The notes under the pieces are model-generated. The model was not told where the DNA came from, searched no databases, and saw only the letters and a program-made list of their open reading frames with translations. From Veleropilina oligotropha (taxonomy: Eukaryota), in NCBI GenBank assembly GCA_048128005.1, contig JBEUKZ010000054.1:558001-622000 (forward strand): DNA of 64,000 bases, read 5' to 3'. The translations under genes and the position numbers were made by a program. This document shows, one piece after another, positions 35,646 to 46,454 of this stretch (the stretch's first letter is position 1; every line of letters starts with the position of its first letter).

Positions 35646-36439
35646 GGACAAGACAACTTCAATGGGTTTTTATATGAGTGACAGTAATTAATGCGCTTTC
35701 TAAACCCAAAAAAATTATATTTAATCTATCTATTTAATCTGCCCCTGCCAGGTATTGTAATAAGGTCCAACTTTCTGATATGGAAAACGCCACTTGCAAT
35801 CCATCACAGGAGTTCCAGTAAAATTTCGATTGCATGGATCGCCTCGTGGTAATGTGCCTCATTACACAGCGAACCACAGGCATTGATCTTCTTGGCTTTT
35901 CAAGTCTTGAGTGATCCTTCCTATCATTCTTTCCCTCACCGGTTCTTATTCACAAGTCGATCAACAACCTCGTTGTTAATGTTCAATCTAGCTGTGCATA
36001 ATGCTTACCAATAATTTGCCATCTTGTAGTTACTGATAGTCTAGATCATGCATGTCAAGAAAAGTTAATTACCACCTGGACATATCTTTATTCTCGCGGG
36101 AGAAAAATCCTGTCGCATGGAAAAACCCACATTCTCCGGCCATTTATGGAAAACTGTGACTGGCTACGCAGCGAAGAATGCCATTGTCCCATGGTCATCA
36201 ACCAAGGTTCTAACGTATTACTGTAAAGTAAATGAATGCAGAGCCCACACTCTTATCAAATTGGCTACCTGAGCGGCGCGTGAGAAAATTAATTAAAATA
36301 CACACGCACACAAGCTCGCTCGCACACACAATTTAACCTAAGTTGCACTTACAATTTAAGCTTTGTTAATGTTTTCATTATAGCATACAATATGTTACAT
36401 TTACAATTTCAATACCTATAATATTTGGTTTTCAAAACA

Positions 36440-36692
36440 TGATGCTTACTGTTCTGATTTTAATGCTCTACCAGAACATGTCCATATTATGACGAGATGA
36501 AAGCCCGGTCGCCGGTGAAAACCCGTCAAATCCGATCAGTTATGAACAACTGTGACTGGTATACCATAACTGAACGTAGAATGCCCAAAAGGCCTCAAAC
36601 GTTGTTCAAACCCACTCTTGTTTGACAGAGCAATCAAGCGAGTGAATTCGGAGACCGTAGTCTTATCCACTCGCCTACCAGATCGGCGCATT
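36440..36692 (-). mobile_element. Older tRNA-SINE related to copies A and B
   Basis: Head GCGCCGATCTGGTAGGCGAGTGGATAAG and core GGGTTTTCACCGGCGACCGGGCTTTC...GGACATGT similar to the SINE at 3850. Confidence 0.55.
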
Positions 36693-36803
36693 ACGAGATT
36701 AATTAAAATATACACATATATATAAATCCACTCGACAACCAGAGCGGCGCATTCCGAAATTAATTAAAATATACAAGCATATATAAATATAAAGAAATTT
36801 AGT

Positions 36804-37362
36804 AAATTGTAATAACAATTTACTAAATTGTAATAACAATTTACTAAATTGTAATAACAATTTACTAAATTGTAATAACAATTTACTAAATTGTAATAAC
36901 AATTTACTAAATTGTAATAACAATTTACTAAATTGTAATAACAATTTACTAAATTGTAATAACAATTTACTAAATTGTAATAACAATTTACTAAATTGTA
37001 ATAACAATTTACTAAATTGTAATAACAATTTACTAAATTGTAATAACAATTTACTAAATTGTAATAACAATTTACTAAATTGTTATAACAATTTACTAAA
37101 TTGTTATAACAATTTACTAAATTGTTATAACAATTTACTAAATTGTTATAACTATTTACTAAATTGTTATAACAATTTACTAAATTGTTATAACAATTTA
37201 CTAAATTGTTATAACAATTTACTAAATTGTTATAACAATTTACTAAATTGTTATAACAATTTACTAATTTATAAAAATTTAGCCAAATTGTAATAACAAT
37301 TTAATTACAATTTAGCAAATTGTTATAACAATTTAGTTACCCTAATTGTAATAACAATTTAG
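36804..37362. repeat. 21-bp AT-rich minisatellite (AAATTGTAATAACAATTTACT) with internal near-palindrome
   Basis: About 26 units; a degenerate inverted array lies at 33890-34045. Confidence 0.93.
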
Positions 37363-38282
37363 TTCAGTCGCTACTGGTGTCCTTAATACGCTTCCAAAAG
37401 TAATTTACATTCTATGATCGCCTCCCGACCTCTAGATAATTCACTGTTACCATTCTGCCCACCTGTTTTGAAGTAGAAAGACGTCCTGTGTTATATACAC
37501 CGATCCACATGATAATCAAACAGCATCAAGACCTGAGGTCGTGGCAATTTTTTTCTGGCAAATAATTCCATCATCTGATTTTTAAGCCCCTAGCTCGACT
37601 TTAGTCGGCCAGGGGGTATTATGCTTTTGATCCGTCCGTGCGTCCGTCCGCCCGCCCAAAACAGATTAAACTCACCTATCTTTTAGGATGTTAATCATGA
37701 GCGATCTTCTTCAAACTTAATATGCTATTAGATATAAGTATGAAATATCATGAGGTCGAATGTTGAATGAAAATATTGATGTTTTACCACATTTTTTTAC
37801 GTTTTTGAACATTGTCTCTGGAGCTTCATTTCTGATCTCATGCTATAAGAAACTCACCTACCTTTTTTGATGTTCATCAATAGCCATCTTCTTCAAACTT
37901 CATAAGCTATTATATATAAGTATGAACCATCATGAGTTCGAATGCTGAAAGAAAATATTTATGTTTTACTACATTTTTTACGTTTCTGAACATATTCTCT
38001 GGAGCGTAATTTCTGATCTCGTGCTATAAGAAACTCACCAATCTTTTTCGATGTTAATCAATAGCCACCTTCTTCAAACTTTATATGCTATTATATATAA
38101 GTGTGCACTATCAGGAGTTCGAATATTGAATGAACTTATGTATTTTTACAACATCTGTCATGCTTTTTGACATAGTCTCTGGAGCTTCATTTCTGATCCC
38201 ATGGTATATAATGAATGAAAACATTTATTTTTTTACCACATTTTTTAACATTGTCTCTGGAGCTTCATTTCTGATCTCATGC

Positions 38283-38409
38283 GGGGGGGACTAGGGCATT
38301 TTATCCTAGGGCCAGGGCGGGGGCCAGGGCGACCGGGGAGGCTCCCAGCGCCGTCCGAAACTGGAGTTGACAATAACTGTTATCTCCCGTCGATGACTAA
38401 GCTGACCTA
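38283..38409 (+). repeat. Left terminal inverted repeat
   Basis: GGGGGGGACTAGGGCATTTTATCC...GACTAAGCTGACCTA; reverse complement of 54295-54422. Confidence 0.97.
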
Positions 38410-38431
38410 GTTTTTTACCAGTCGTTATAAG

Positions 38432-38860
38432 TTAAATAAATATGTAATTCCCACTGGCTAAAGTACAGTTGCATGACGACTGGTGTCCTATTTGACTCCA
38501 CGTACCAAAGCAGCCGGTAGATAACATGGAGAAGTAATGCCCATATTTTCCCCGACATAAGGACGGCTCGGCGCATTCGATGCATACAACAGTATTAGGG
38601 TCGGGGCCACAGTCATTCTCTCCATCGGTAATGAAGTAGTGACACGAGGGTTCCCGAACTGGAGGTGGGTCTCCCAGGCGTAGTAGCAAATTTCTACTCA
38701 AGTGATCGAATCGGGGGTTATACGGGGGGTCGTTGCGATACCTAGCCCACGTGTGTTCGAGAATTAATGCATTGTCACGCGACGACGCCCTGGTGGTGGC
38801 ACCCGCTAGCCAGCACACCGCGGCGATGCACAGAGGTAGCATTGATTTCATGGATTTCAT
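38432..38860 (-). CDS. Secreted cysteine-rich protein, possibly cystine-knot type
   Basis: Signal-peptide-like MKSMLPLCIAAVCWLAGATT; 8 Cys in mature part ending in CxC. Confidence 0.6.
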   Translation of the reverse strand: MKSMKSMLPLCIAAVCWLAGATTRASSRDNALILEHTWARYRNDPPYNPRFDHLSRNLLLRLGDPPPVREPSCHYFITDGENDCGPDPNTVVCIECAEPSLCRGKYGHYFSMLSTGCFGTWSQIGHQSSCNCTLASGNYIFI

Positions 38861-38943
38861 GGCTTGTCCAGATATCACTGTCCAGTTCAAGCTTTAATAC
38901 GGGGGAGGGGGGTCCCCCCCCACCCCACGATCTACCTGGATGG

Positions 38944-39579
38944 TTAGTCGCCAGCCCCGATTTTTTTCAGTAGCTCTGCGCGTCCCTCTTTACGACCATG
39001 CTCAATAAGCTTTTCGCTTTGGGTCAAAGAAACCGCGGTGTGCGCCTTTAGACTTTTGAAGCGCAGGGTGGCCTTCATAGTCCGATATTTGGCCATCTCG
39101 TCTGTGACCAGTTGGAATTCGTCGTCAGACATCTCCCCGTCCGCTAGGGCCTTTGAGACGTGGTCGCTGATGGTGTTCAGCTTGCTTTCGGCTAGCACTC
39201 GTATCTCGTCGTGCTTCTTAGCCTTCACTTGAAGGCGGCGGGACACGTATTTGCCACCCATACTCGCGAGTCCACACCCCAGCGCCGCTAATTCCAGCAC
39301 TAAGACAACAGGGGCCGCAACAATTGTGGACAGTAGTCTGATGCCGGCGCTACCCATACCAAGGGTGGCGACGACAAGGGCCGAATCGATCCCGTCAACG
39401 ACATTAACGCCTCTTCGGTACTTCTTGTACAGGGCAGCCCTTGTGTCCCTCTCTCGTTCTAGCTGTCCGTGAAGCTCATTCACTTTCTGTAGTCGGAAAG
39501 AATGTGCCTCCGGAACTTCCGAAAGCACATCGCCACCAAGTTGTGGGTACAGCGTTGGCGCTGAGGGTTTATTGTCCAT
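38944..39579 (-). CDS. Coiled-coil membrane protein of the Polinton-like element
   Basis: 211-aa ORF with two Gly/Ala-rich hydrophobic helices flanked by charged helices. Confidence 0.75.
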   Translation of the reverse strand: MDNKPSAPTLYPQLGGDVLSEVPEAHSFRLQKVNELHGQLERERDTRAALYKKYRRGVNVVDGIDSALVVATLGMGSAGIRLLSTIVAAPVVLVLELAALGCGLASMGGKYVSRRLQVKAKKHDEIRVLAESKLNTISDHVSKALADGEMSDDEFQLVTDEMAKYRTMKATLRFKSLKAHTAVSLTQSEKLIEHGRKEGRAELLKKIGAGD

Positions 39580-39998
39580 TACACGTAGCTGTATTGTTCA
39601 GCCTGTTGATTCCGTATGTCGACCGTAACGTTCAAATAAAGTGTGTTCACCCACGGGGCCTTGAGGGCAAAGGCGAGGGTCAACTTGTCCGAATCCAGGC
39701 CAAGTTTATTTATGGAACAGGCTTTGGGGGCGCCCCCAGCCGGCTGGACCGGCGTCATGTGGATCATTAGAAGGGCTGGGTTCAACCCAAACCGACCTCC
39801 AGTGTTTGGAATCATGAACTCCCTCCTCGCCAGCCCCTTCTTGGGCGCTTCCCCACAACTAAGAACAAAGTGCCACTGGGTCGCTGAAGGCTCTTCTGCG
39901 AGAAGGAGGGGGGGGGGGGTGGGGTCCCATAGATGCTGCTCATTGTATCTGGAGGACTGCGGATATCGGCATACCGTGATTGTTGAGCGGGTTACCAT
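39579..39998 (-). CDS. Hypothetical protein
   Basis: 139-aa ORF filling the gap between neighbours; stop overlaps the next ATG (TAATG); 5' end uncertain around a 12-nt homopolymer. Confidence 0.45.
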   Translation of the reverse strand: MVTRSTITVCRYPQSSRYNEQHLWDPTPPPLLLAEEPSATQWHFVLSCGEAPKKGLARREFMIPNTGGRFGLNPALLMIHMTPVQPAGGAPKACSINKLGLDSDKLTLAFALKAPWVNTLYLNVTVDIRNQQAEQYSYV

Positions 39999-40662
39999 CT
40001 GAGTCTGTGACGTACACCTTCAATTCTGTGATTAGCCCGGCCTGCAGTCGCCGAAATTCCGGATAACTATGATAGTGGGCAGCCTCACCGAATATCTGCG
40101 ACGTTATGGGGACCACCGCGAGAATATTGCTAGGGGCGCCGTCCTTCACATTGTGTGTTGTACTGAGCTGCTCCAGTACAACGTGTAGGGTCGCAGAAAT
40201 CGCGAACCCGACAGGCTTGTTCCCGTCATAAGTCCCGGGGCGTAGCCAGTGCTGCGACCCGACAGGCTTGTTCTCGTCATAAGTCATAAGTAGCCACGCT
40301 GAGAGGGTGAAGCCGAGGAGCTTCCGTATATCGTCGCTTATCGCGAGTCGAGTCCCCTCTGGGACAACGAGTTGCGCGAGTCCGGTAGCACGGCTTACCT
40401 CGAGCCGCATGTTAGCTAGGGACCTCTTCATAGTCTTGGCGAGAGAATCGAAGCTGTAGAACCCTGGTGCCACCTCCACCGTGGTATCGGGGGTCTTAAA
40501 GAAGGCTCCAGCGTGCACGTTATGCCAGCCGACCCAGTAGTCGAGCGAGCGCAGGCCGACGCATAGCTTGCCTTCCCGGTTATCTATCGGTTGCAGGAGG
40601 GCAACCGCAGTTCCCGTTTGAACATTCGTTACAGTGTGAAACATAATTGTACTTACATACAA
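39940..40662 (-). CDS. Putative minor capsid (penton-like single jelly roll) protein
   Basis: Beta-rich 240 aa; C-terminal SNILAVVP...PEFRRL...ITELKVYVTDSDGNPLNNHG...VLQI pattern recalls Polinton minor capsid proteins. Confidence 0.7.
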   Translation of the reverse strand: MYVSTIMFHTVTNVQTGTAVALLQPIDNREGKLCVGLRSLDYWVGWHNVHAGAFFKTPDTTVEVAPGFYSFDSLAKTMKRSLANMRLEVSRATGLAQLVVPEGTRLAISDDIRKLLGFTLSAWLLMTYDENKPVGSQHWLRPGTYDGNKPVGFAISATLHVVLEQLSTTHNVKDGAPSNILAVVPITSQIFGEAAHYHSYPEFRRLQAGLITELKVYVTDSDGNPLNNHGMPISAVLQIQ

Positions 40663-40663
40663 T

Positions 40664-41980
40664 ATGTATAAGAGTGCCTTTGCTTTTAATAGGAGTGCGG
40701 CCTATCAGACCGGTGTGGTGTACCCAACCCGTATAAAGGATGAGCAGCTTACAAAACCAAGCATCGTTATATATTCGTCTGAATCTCCCCACCCTCCATT
40801 CCAGGCAAAATACCCAGATGTCTTTCAAAAGTATCGCCTCCCACACGTCGCGAGTGACCGGCTAATACAGGCTTGGAACAGCACGCCCATGCGGTTTTGG
40901 CAGAACAAGGTTAACTTCGCAGTATGGTGTGCTACAACAGGTTCCGGGGTATCTGCAGAAGACCACTTGAATGCAACCGACCCCCTGACCAGAGCCGTAT
41001 TCACCTTCCATGTCTACTATCAGATCAGAAGGGTATTGTCCGAAATTCAGGCGCCGCTGCCTCAAGACATGACATGGGATGCGTTCGACAACCCGTATGA
41101 CCTCAGGGCATATGAGAAGATTTGCAGTGAATTTGGAGTGTCTCCACATACCGACTGGCGAGTCAAGGGTCCCAATAACGGACTCGGCACGGCTTACAAC
41201 TACTGGACAAACAATGGCTACCACTCCATAGGACAGGATTATGATCCCAGTTGGATGTCATTCACGACAAAGACAAAAAAGAGTCTGCACGTGGACTATA
41301 TAGCACAGGATGCCACTGGCACTCATGGCTGGGCTTCGTTTATTCTGGACAAATCGGCGGGATTTACCCAGGCCGGCGTGGAAAGGCTTAATGATTCCAT
41401 CAGGACTTACGTCTGGGCGATTCTTGGAGCGCAGGCTCAGACACGTGCAAGTATTCTGGGTAGTGGTACAGCATTTGACGCGCAAAAGCAGTTTCTGTCA
41501 AACGTGGAAGATGCCATATCATCTCCAGTTGATCTGCCATCAGCCATCGAACGGTACCAAAATGTGCTACAGTATGCCAGATCCAAGGTAGACTTCGTAT
41601 TCGGCGTTGACCTGTATATGGCACCAAGTGACATGCTTCTACGAATCGGGCAGGTGGCTGGCTATAACAACGAAATCATCGTTGCGACACAAAACCAGAC
41701 ACTAGGTCTTAATACAACCGTCAACACAGCCAATGTGCCCCCCAACGCCACTGGGGATACTGGAGAAAAAGGACTGGTCATTCCACAAGACGCAGTCTTA
41801 CAGACAGATACAAGCAGACCGGTAATCACTCCGAAGCATCCAAACGCTGAGCCGACAGTAACAGTGGCCGCTGTTCCAGCGGCTTCGGTATCACTACACA
41901 ACGAGGAGAAGACCGCACTCATTGTGGGTGGCGTTGTCGTTGGCCTAGCATTTATTTGGCTTACTTCACCCACTGTCTAG
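40664..41980 (+). CDS. Hypothetical 438-aa protein with C-terminal transmembrane anchor
   Basis: Long intact ORF ending TALIVGGVVVGLAFIWL. Confidence 0.75.
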   Translation: MYKSAFAFNRSAAYQTGVVYPTRIKDEQLTKPSIVIYSSESPHPPFQAKYPDVFQKYRLPHVASDRLIQAWNSTPMRFWQNKVNFAVWCATTGSGVSAEDHLNATDPLTRAVFTFHVYYQIRRVLSEIQAPLPQDMTWDAFDNPYDLRAYEKICSEFGVSPHTDWRVKGPNNGLGTAYNYWTNNGYHSIGQDYDPSWMSFTTKTKKSLHVDYIAQDATGTHGWASFILDKSAGFTQAGVERLNDSIRTYVWAILGAQAQTRASILGSGTAFDAQKQFLSNVEDAISSPVDLPSAIERYQNVLQYARSKVDFVFGVDLYMAPSDMLLRIGQVAGYNNEIIVATQNQTLGLNTTVNTANVPPNATGDTGEKGLVIPQDAVLQTDTSRPVITPKHPNAEPTVTVAAVPAASVSLHNEEKTALIVGGVVVGLAFIWLTSPTV

Positions 41981-43218
41981 CAGAAATAAGAAGCAACCCG
42001 CCAACTGCAATAATCACAGCCCATAGGTTTTCAGCAAGCATCGACGCTGTTTTGCCAACCATGTTGATAAGCCAGGAAAGCAGGCTTCCAAGCATGCCTG
42101 GGAGTGCCGCTGCCACCTTCCCCGCTAGTTTACCCAGAATCCGACCCAGGGTTTGCAGGTGCTTTTGTACCCACTCCTTTATCCCTCGATGATTAGCATC
42201 ACTGGGAGGTGTTGGTGAGATATTCGGCGTTCCGCCAGTTAGGGCCAGTACCAGAGTCGAGATAGCCATACCAATCGCGGTGAGTATGGTCACAATTGTG
42301 ACCCCCTGTTCGCGAAACAGGGTCCGGATGCGCTCGGCCAGCATCGTGTCTGAGTGGAGAATCCGACTTATCATCTCTCGGATCCGGCTGATTTGAGAGC
42401 GAAGGGCATCCCGGCTTGATGAGGCTGCCTCTAGGCGAGCTGCTCGTTCATCATTTAAGTTGCGCAAACGTTCTGCAACTCGTCGACGAACAAACTCTTC
42501 CACACCTCCTTCATCTGCCTGATCGAGCTTCCTTTTCTCCAGAGCTATGTGTTCATCAAGCGCCGATAGTTTGGCTAAGTTGTTGGTTAGCTCGCCTCGA
42601 ATTGTCTGCATTGCCTTGTCAAGCCCGCGAAGCTCACGAAGATTTAATGGAGGGTCCCCCATCGTGCTCAAGATCTCATCAACCTCGGCATCTGTGAAAG
42701 TCGTCTCCATTTTGTGGATTGCTTCTGATGCATCATTAGCTGTTCGCCCCAAGTCGTGCAGTTCTACGTTGTCTACATTGGCGGCCGCACCGCTCAACTC
42801 ATTGTCGGCTGTCTGAAGAGCTGCAACAGCTTTTGAGGACAGCTTTTGTCCCCGCTTCCAGTCTACAAAACCCAACCCATCTCTGATGGCACTACCCCCA
42901 CCACGCCGGCCAGCTATTGTTGCCAAAGACTTGGGTTTACCGGTGCTAGAATTGATGAGATCGGTGTGGATAGGCCTTCATTTGCAATTGCCCATCTACA
43001 TAATCGAACCTGGAATAATCACGCCCCGTGGCGGGGGTTTGCCCCTCCTTTGACAGGGCGTTGTAGTAGTCATCAACCGCTGTTTGAACAAGCTCTTGCC
43101 GCAGACCGCTGGTTCCTTCCTGTGGCCGACTCCAGTCAGTCGATCCGACCACATCATCATCGTCGATGATGGTATCATTATCATCAAGCTCGAATGTAGG
43201 GTTTTCGAAGTCCGCCAT
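41961..43218 (-). CDS. Coiled-coil protein with C-terminal hydrophobic helices, apparently split by a frameshift near 42965
   Basis: ORFs 42946-43218 and 41961-42926 overlap in open frames (..MKAYP / TDLINSSTGKPKSLATIA); long heptad region, then VTIVTILTAIGMAISTLVLAL and LWAVIIAVGGLLLI. Confidence 0.65.
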
Positions 43219-43248
43219 TTAGATGTATAGATAGTGCAATCAATCTAA

Positions 43249-44553
43249 ATGGCCAGCCTATACGGACGCAAGCTTGATCCATACCGCAGACTGCGAGAGC
43301 CCCTTGGGGTCAAGGGTATTCGCCGGTCGGTTACCATAACCAACAACCCATCAACTATTGCCGCAAACCAGCAGCTGTTGGTTAGGTTCCCTAATCTCGG
43401 GGCTCATGACGTTATCGTTCCAGGGACTGCCCACTTGGCATTTACAATCTCTCTGAATTCGTCGAACCCGAATAGAACCGTAGTTCAGAACCTTGGTCGT
43501 GCCGTGATCAAGAAGACCACGATCAAGATTAGTGGAAACGAGATCATGTCTATCGACGACTCCGACGTGTATCAATGCTATAACGATCTCTGGAAGACAC
43601 CCCAGGAACGCAAGAATGCCCAATACCAAGGGATTGATACCGGCGAGTCCACAAATGTTACCAGACTGCGTGTTGGTGCGGCGAACGCCTTCAGACAGCC
43701 TGAGCATGCGGCAATATCGGACGCTTACGGTAATAGATTTCGCATCCCGCTGGACTTTGAGTTACTGGAAAGCCACATGCCATTCTACCAGAGCGCTCTG
43801 GGGGACAGGCTCGAGTATGAACTCACGTTCAATGACTATTCAAGGACTATCAAGGACACGGATGACCCGGCTGCGAGCTATAGCATCGAAAATATTAGCC
43901 TGGAATACGACATGGTCACCCAGGCAGAACTGGCCAGAATGATACGCAACCAGTACTCGGGCCGCCTCGCCATCCTCTACGACCGTGTGCTCCGGCATCG
44001 TAAGCTCACCAAAGACAAGAGCGACACGTTGTGGAATCTTAACCTGAATGTACCGGCGAGGTCCATGAAAGGTATTCTACTGCTGTTTGAGGACCCCACG
44101 AGAGATGCAGCACCATTTGCTCGCGACACCGAGGCCTTTTACAATCCGAAGATCACAAAGGTCGAGGTCACCATTGAGGGTGTACCGAATCAACTCTACA
44201 GCCAGGGCATGCGTTCATACCAGGTGTGGGAAGAAGCCAGGAAGCTGTTCGCCTCCAACCCGATCAGCAAGCGGCATCCTGACATAGCGTTGGTTGCAAA
44301 GGAGTTGGCCCTGGCGGATGTCACCCTGGGTGAGTTCTTGACCAAAAAGTATGCACTCTGGATTGATATGCGGGTAACCGACGACGATCAGCTGCACGGG
44401 TCAGGCCGGAAGATAGTGAATGCCAGCGAGGGCATCACCATCCAGATCACTAAGATGGGCGAAACAGCCGGCCCGTTGAATGTATACCTGTACGTGATTA
44501 TGGATGCACAGCTGAACATCGAGAATGGCCGCTTTGTCTCAGCATTGTACTGA
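43249..44553 (+). CDS. Putative major capsid protein (double jelly roll)
   Basis: 434 aa, beta-rich, directly upstream of the ATPase; patterns LLVRFP, TTIKISGNEI, FRIPLDF, LEYELTF, IENISLEYD, VEVTIEGVPNQLY, YALWIDMR; fold not verified. Confidence 0.8.
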   Translation: MASLYGRKLDPYRRLREPLGVKGIRRSVTITNNPSTIAANQQLLVRFPNLGAHDVIVPGTAHLAFTISLNSSNPNRTVVQNLGRAVIKKTTIKISGNEIMSIDDSDVYQCYNDLWKTPQERKNAQYQGIDTGESTNVTRLRVGAANAFRQPEHAAISDAYGNRFRIPLDFELLESHMPFYQSALGDRLEYELTFNDYSRTIKDTDDPAASYSIENISLEYDMVTQAELARMIRNQYSGRLAILYDRVLRHRKLTKDKSDTLWNLNLNVPARSMKGILLLFEDPTRDAAPFARDTEAFYNPKITKVEVTIEGVPNQLYSQGMRSYQVWEEARKLFASNPISKRHPDIALVAKELALADVTLGEFLTKKYALWIDMRVTDDDQLHGSGRKIVNASEGITIQITKMGETAGPLNVYLYVIMDAQLNIENGRFVSALY

Positions 44554-45157
44554 ACGGTTCCCGTACCCCAAGGATCCCCACTCGGCAATCATATGTGGTC
44601 AGACCGGTTGTGGGAAAACTATTTTCATTCTTGAACTGCTGAAAGCAGAGTATCGAGGTGTGTTCCGGCACATTGTAATTCTCTGCCCCACGATCGAGTA
44701 CAACAAAGCATACCAGTCCTGTCCGTGGATCTGGACTGACCCGGAGGTGTATATAATTCCCCCCGGTGAGCGACTTCATGATTGGTTGCGGGGGTTCTAC
44801 AGGCTGTTCAAGGGGGAATCGTCCCTATACATCATCGATGACTGCGCCGCCAGCAAGGCCCTAGCCAAGAGAAGGGATATGCTGACTGAGTTGGCCTTTA
44901 GCGGAAGGCATGCCGAACAAAGTGTATGGGTGGTGACGCAAAAATACAACTCGGTCTTAAAGGAACTCAGAGAGCAGACTCGCTGGGCCGCGCTGTTTCA
45001 CTGTAAGGACCGCGACAGTTTTGAAGACTGTCTTCGCGAGAACGATGTAATCACGTCGCGAGATGAACGAAGTGCGGTGCGCCGGCTTTTGGCAGAAGCC
45101 AAACACACTAAGCTTCTATTAAAAACTGATCAACCAGTTGCATATAGTGTGCTATAA
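44525..45157 (+). CDS. A32-like (FtsK/HerA) DNA packaging ATPase
   Basis: Walker A GQTGCGKT, Walker B LYIIDD, GRH arginine motif, VVTQ. Confidence 0.92.
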   Translation: MAALSQHCTERFPYPKDPHSAIICGQTGCGKTIFILELLKAEYRGVFRHIVILCPTIEYNKAYQSCPWIWTDPEVYIIPPGERLHDWLRGFYRLFKGESSLYIIDDCAASKALAKRRDMLTELAFSGRHAEQSVWVVTQKYNSVLKELREQTRWAALFHCKDRDSFEDCLRENDVITSRDERSAVRRLLAEAKHTKLLLKTDQPVAYSVL

Positions 45158-45158
45158 T

Positions 45159-45268
45159 CTAGCACCTGCCTAGCATCTGCCTAGCATCTGCCTAGCATCT
45201 GCCTAGCATCTGCCTAGCATCTGCCTAGCATCTGCCTAGCATCTGCCTAGCATCTGCCTAGCATCTAC
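45159..45268. repeat. 11-bp tandem repeat (CTAGCATCTGC) x ~10
   Basis: Directly after the ATPase stop codon. Confidence 0.95.
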
Positions 45269-45294
45269 ATAGCTAGCTATAGCAGCTACCTAGC

Positions 45295-46047
45295 ATGTCG
45301 GAAGTTGTATATATAGTTTTTGCTTGCAGCCAGAGCCTTATGTTTCTGTTACTCGTAACATTGTGGTATTGGATTTACGGTTATATTAGACTGGCGAGAA
45401 GATGTTGGAAACGATTAAGGATGGACAGTCTTATCGATCAACTCATGGATGAAGAACAAGAAACGACCATGAGCGGAAACCACTCGACGACCGAACGTGG
45501 CGAGGAACCTGTCAGTGGCTCAGTAGGACTGACAAAAAAACGGGAGAGGCTTGCAGCATTAGCCATTGGAGGACAGGCTAGCAAATACTTGGGGAGCAAC
45601 CTCACGGTTGACCGGATCGACGCTATGACCGATGAAGAGATTGATAAACACCACGCTCGGTACGAAGCGAAGCTCGGTGCCGAAATGACGAAAACCCTGG
45701 GGACTGCAGCTATACATCTTTATGCGGGGGCAGCTGGGATGTTCTTGCCCATTCCACCAGAAAACCAACTACGATTGGTCGCCGATCTGGAGGCCGACCC
45801 TTTCATCTCACATGCGCTGTGCTCTGCAACCTGTGAGTTGTATTACAAATATGGCATGTATCTAGCACCGCTGACCGCAGCGTTGACCACGGCTAAACAC
45901 TGTCGATTTGGACATGTTTGCCCCACTAAGATAGAAAGAGATGACAATGACAACGCAGCAAGTGGAACAAATGACAGCGAGCCAACAGGTATCCGATCGT
46001 ATACCGATAGAGAGAGTGACAGCCTCGACAGACTCATCAGTGAGTAA
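45295..46047 (+). CDS. Hypothetical protein (start may be 45421)
   Basis: 250-aa ORF in the plus-strand gene run. Confidence 0.65.
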   Translation: MSEVVYIVFACSQSLMFLLLVTLWYWIYGYIRLARRCWKRLRMDSLIDQLMDEEQETTMSGNHSTTERGEEPVSGSVGLTKKRERLAALAIGGQASKYLGSNLTVDRIDAMTDEEIDKHHARYEAKLGAEMTKTLGTAAIHLYAGAAGMFLPIPPENQLRLVADLEADPFISHALCSATCELYYKYGMYLAPLTAALTTAKHCRFGHVCPTKIERDDNDNAASGTNDSEPTGIRSYTDRESDSLDRLISE

Positions 46048-46447
46048 AAAGGACCCTAAAAAAGTTGCTGCAGGGCAGGCCGGGGCTGCTACTCGGAAAG
46101 CCAAACAAGAGAGGCTACTAGCCGAGGTTAGACAATTTAAAGAAGATGCCCGGCAGAATGTCAGTACAGTTGCTGTTCCTTCGGAACCGCCAGAGTCACA
46201 GCCACATGGTGGTAATAACCCCATAGCGGGCATGCGCGCAAGCGCCGCAGAAAGACCGCCTGCGCCAGATACACGGGACCCATTTAATTGGACTTATGGC
46301 CTCTTCGCTGCAGGCGGGTTTGTGTTATATTATGCATATAAATGGAAACTCAGCAATGATACTAAACAACCTCAGCCGCCGGTCACGTTGTACAAAGAAA
46401 ACATGTACCAATTGAACACTAAGCCTGATCCCTTTCATATGCCATAG
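45941..46447 (+). CDS. Hypothetical protein with basic KDPKKVAAG motif and hydrophobic segment
   Basis: KKDPKKVAAGQAGAATRKAK; WTYGLFAAGGFVLYYAY. Confidence 0.6.
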   Translation: MTMTTQQVEQMTASQQVSDRIPIERVTASTDSSVSKKDPKKVAAGQAGAATRKAKQERLLAEVRQFKEDARQNVSTVAVPSEPPESQPHGGNNPIAGMRASAAERPPAPDTRDPFNWTYGLFAAGGFVLYYAYKWKLSNDTKQPQPPVTLYKENMYQLNTKPDPFHMP

Positions 46448-46454
46448 TAGCGAC

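Noticed and set aside
36699..37070. LLLQFSK repeat protein
   Set aside because: 21-bp minisatellite read-through
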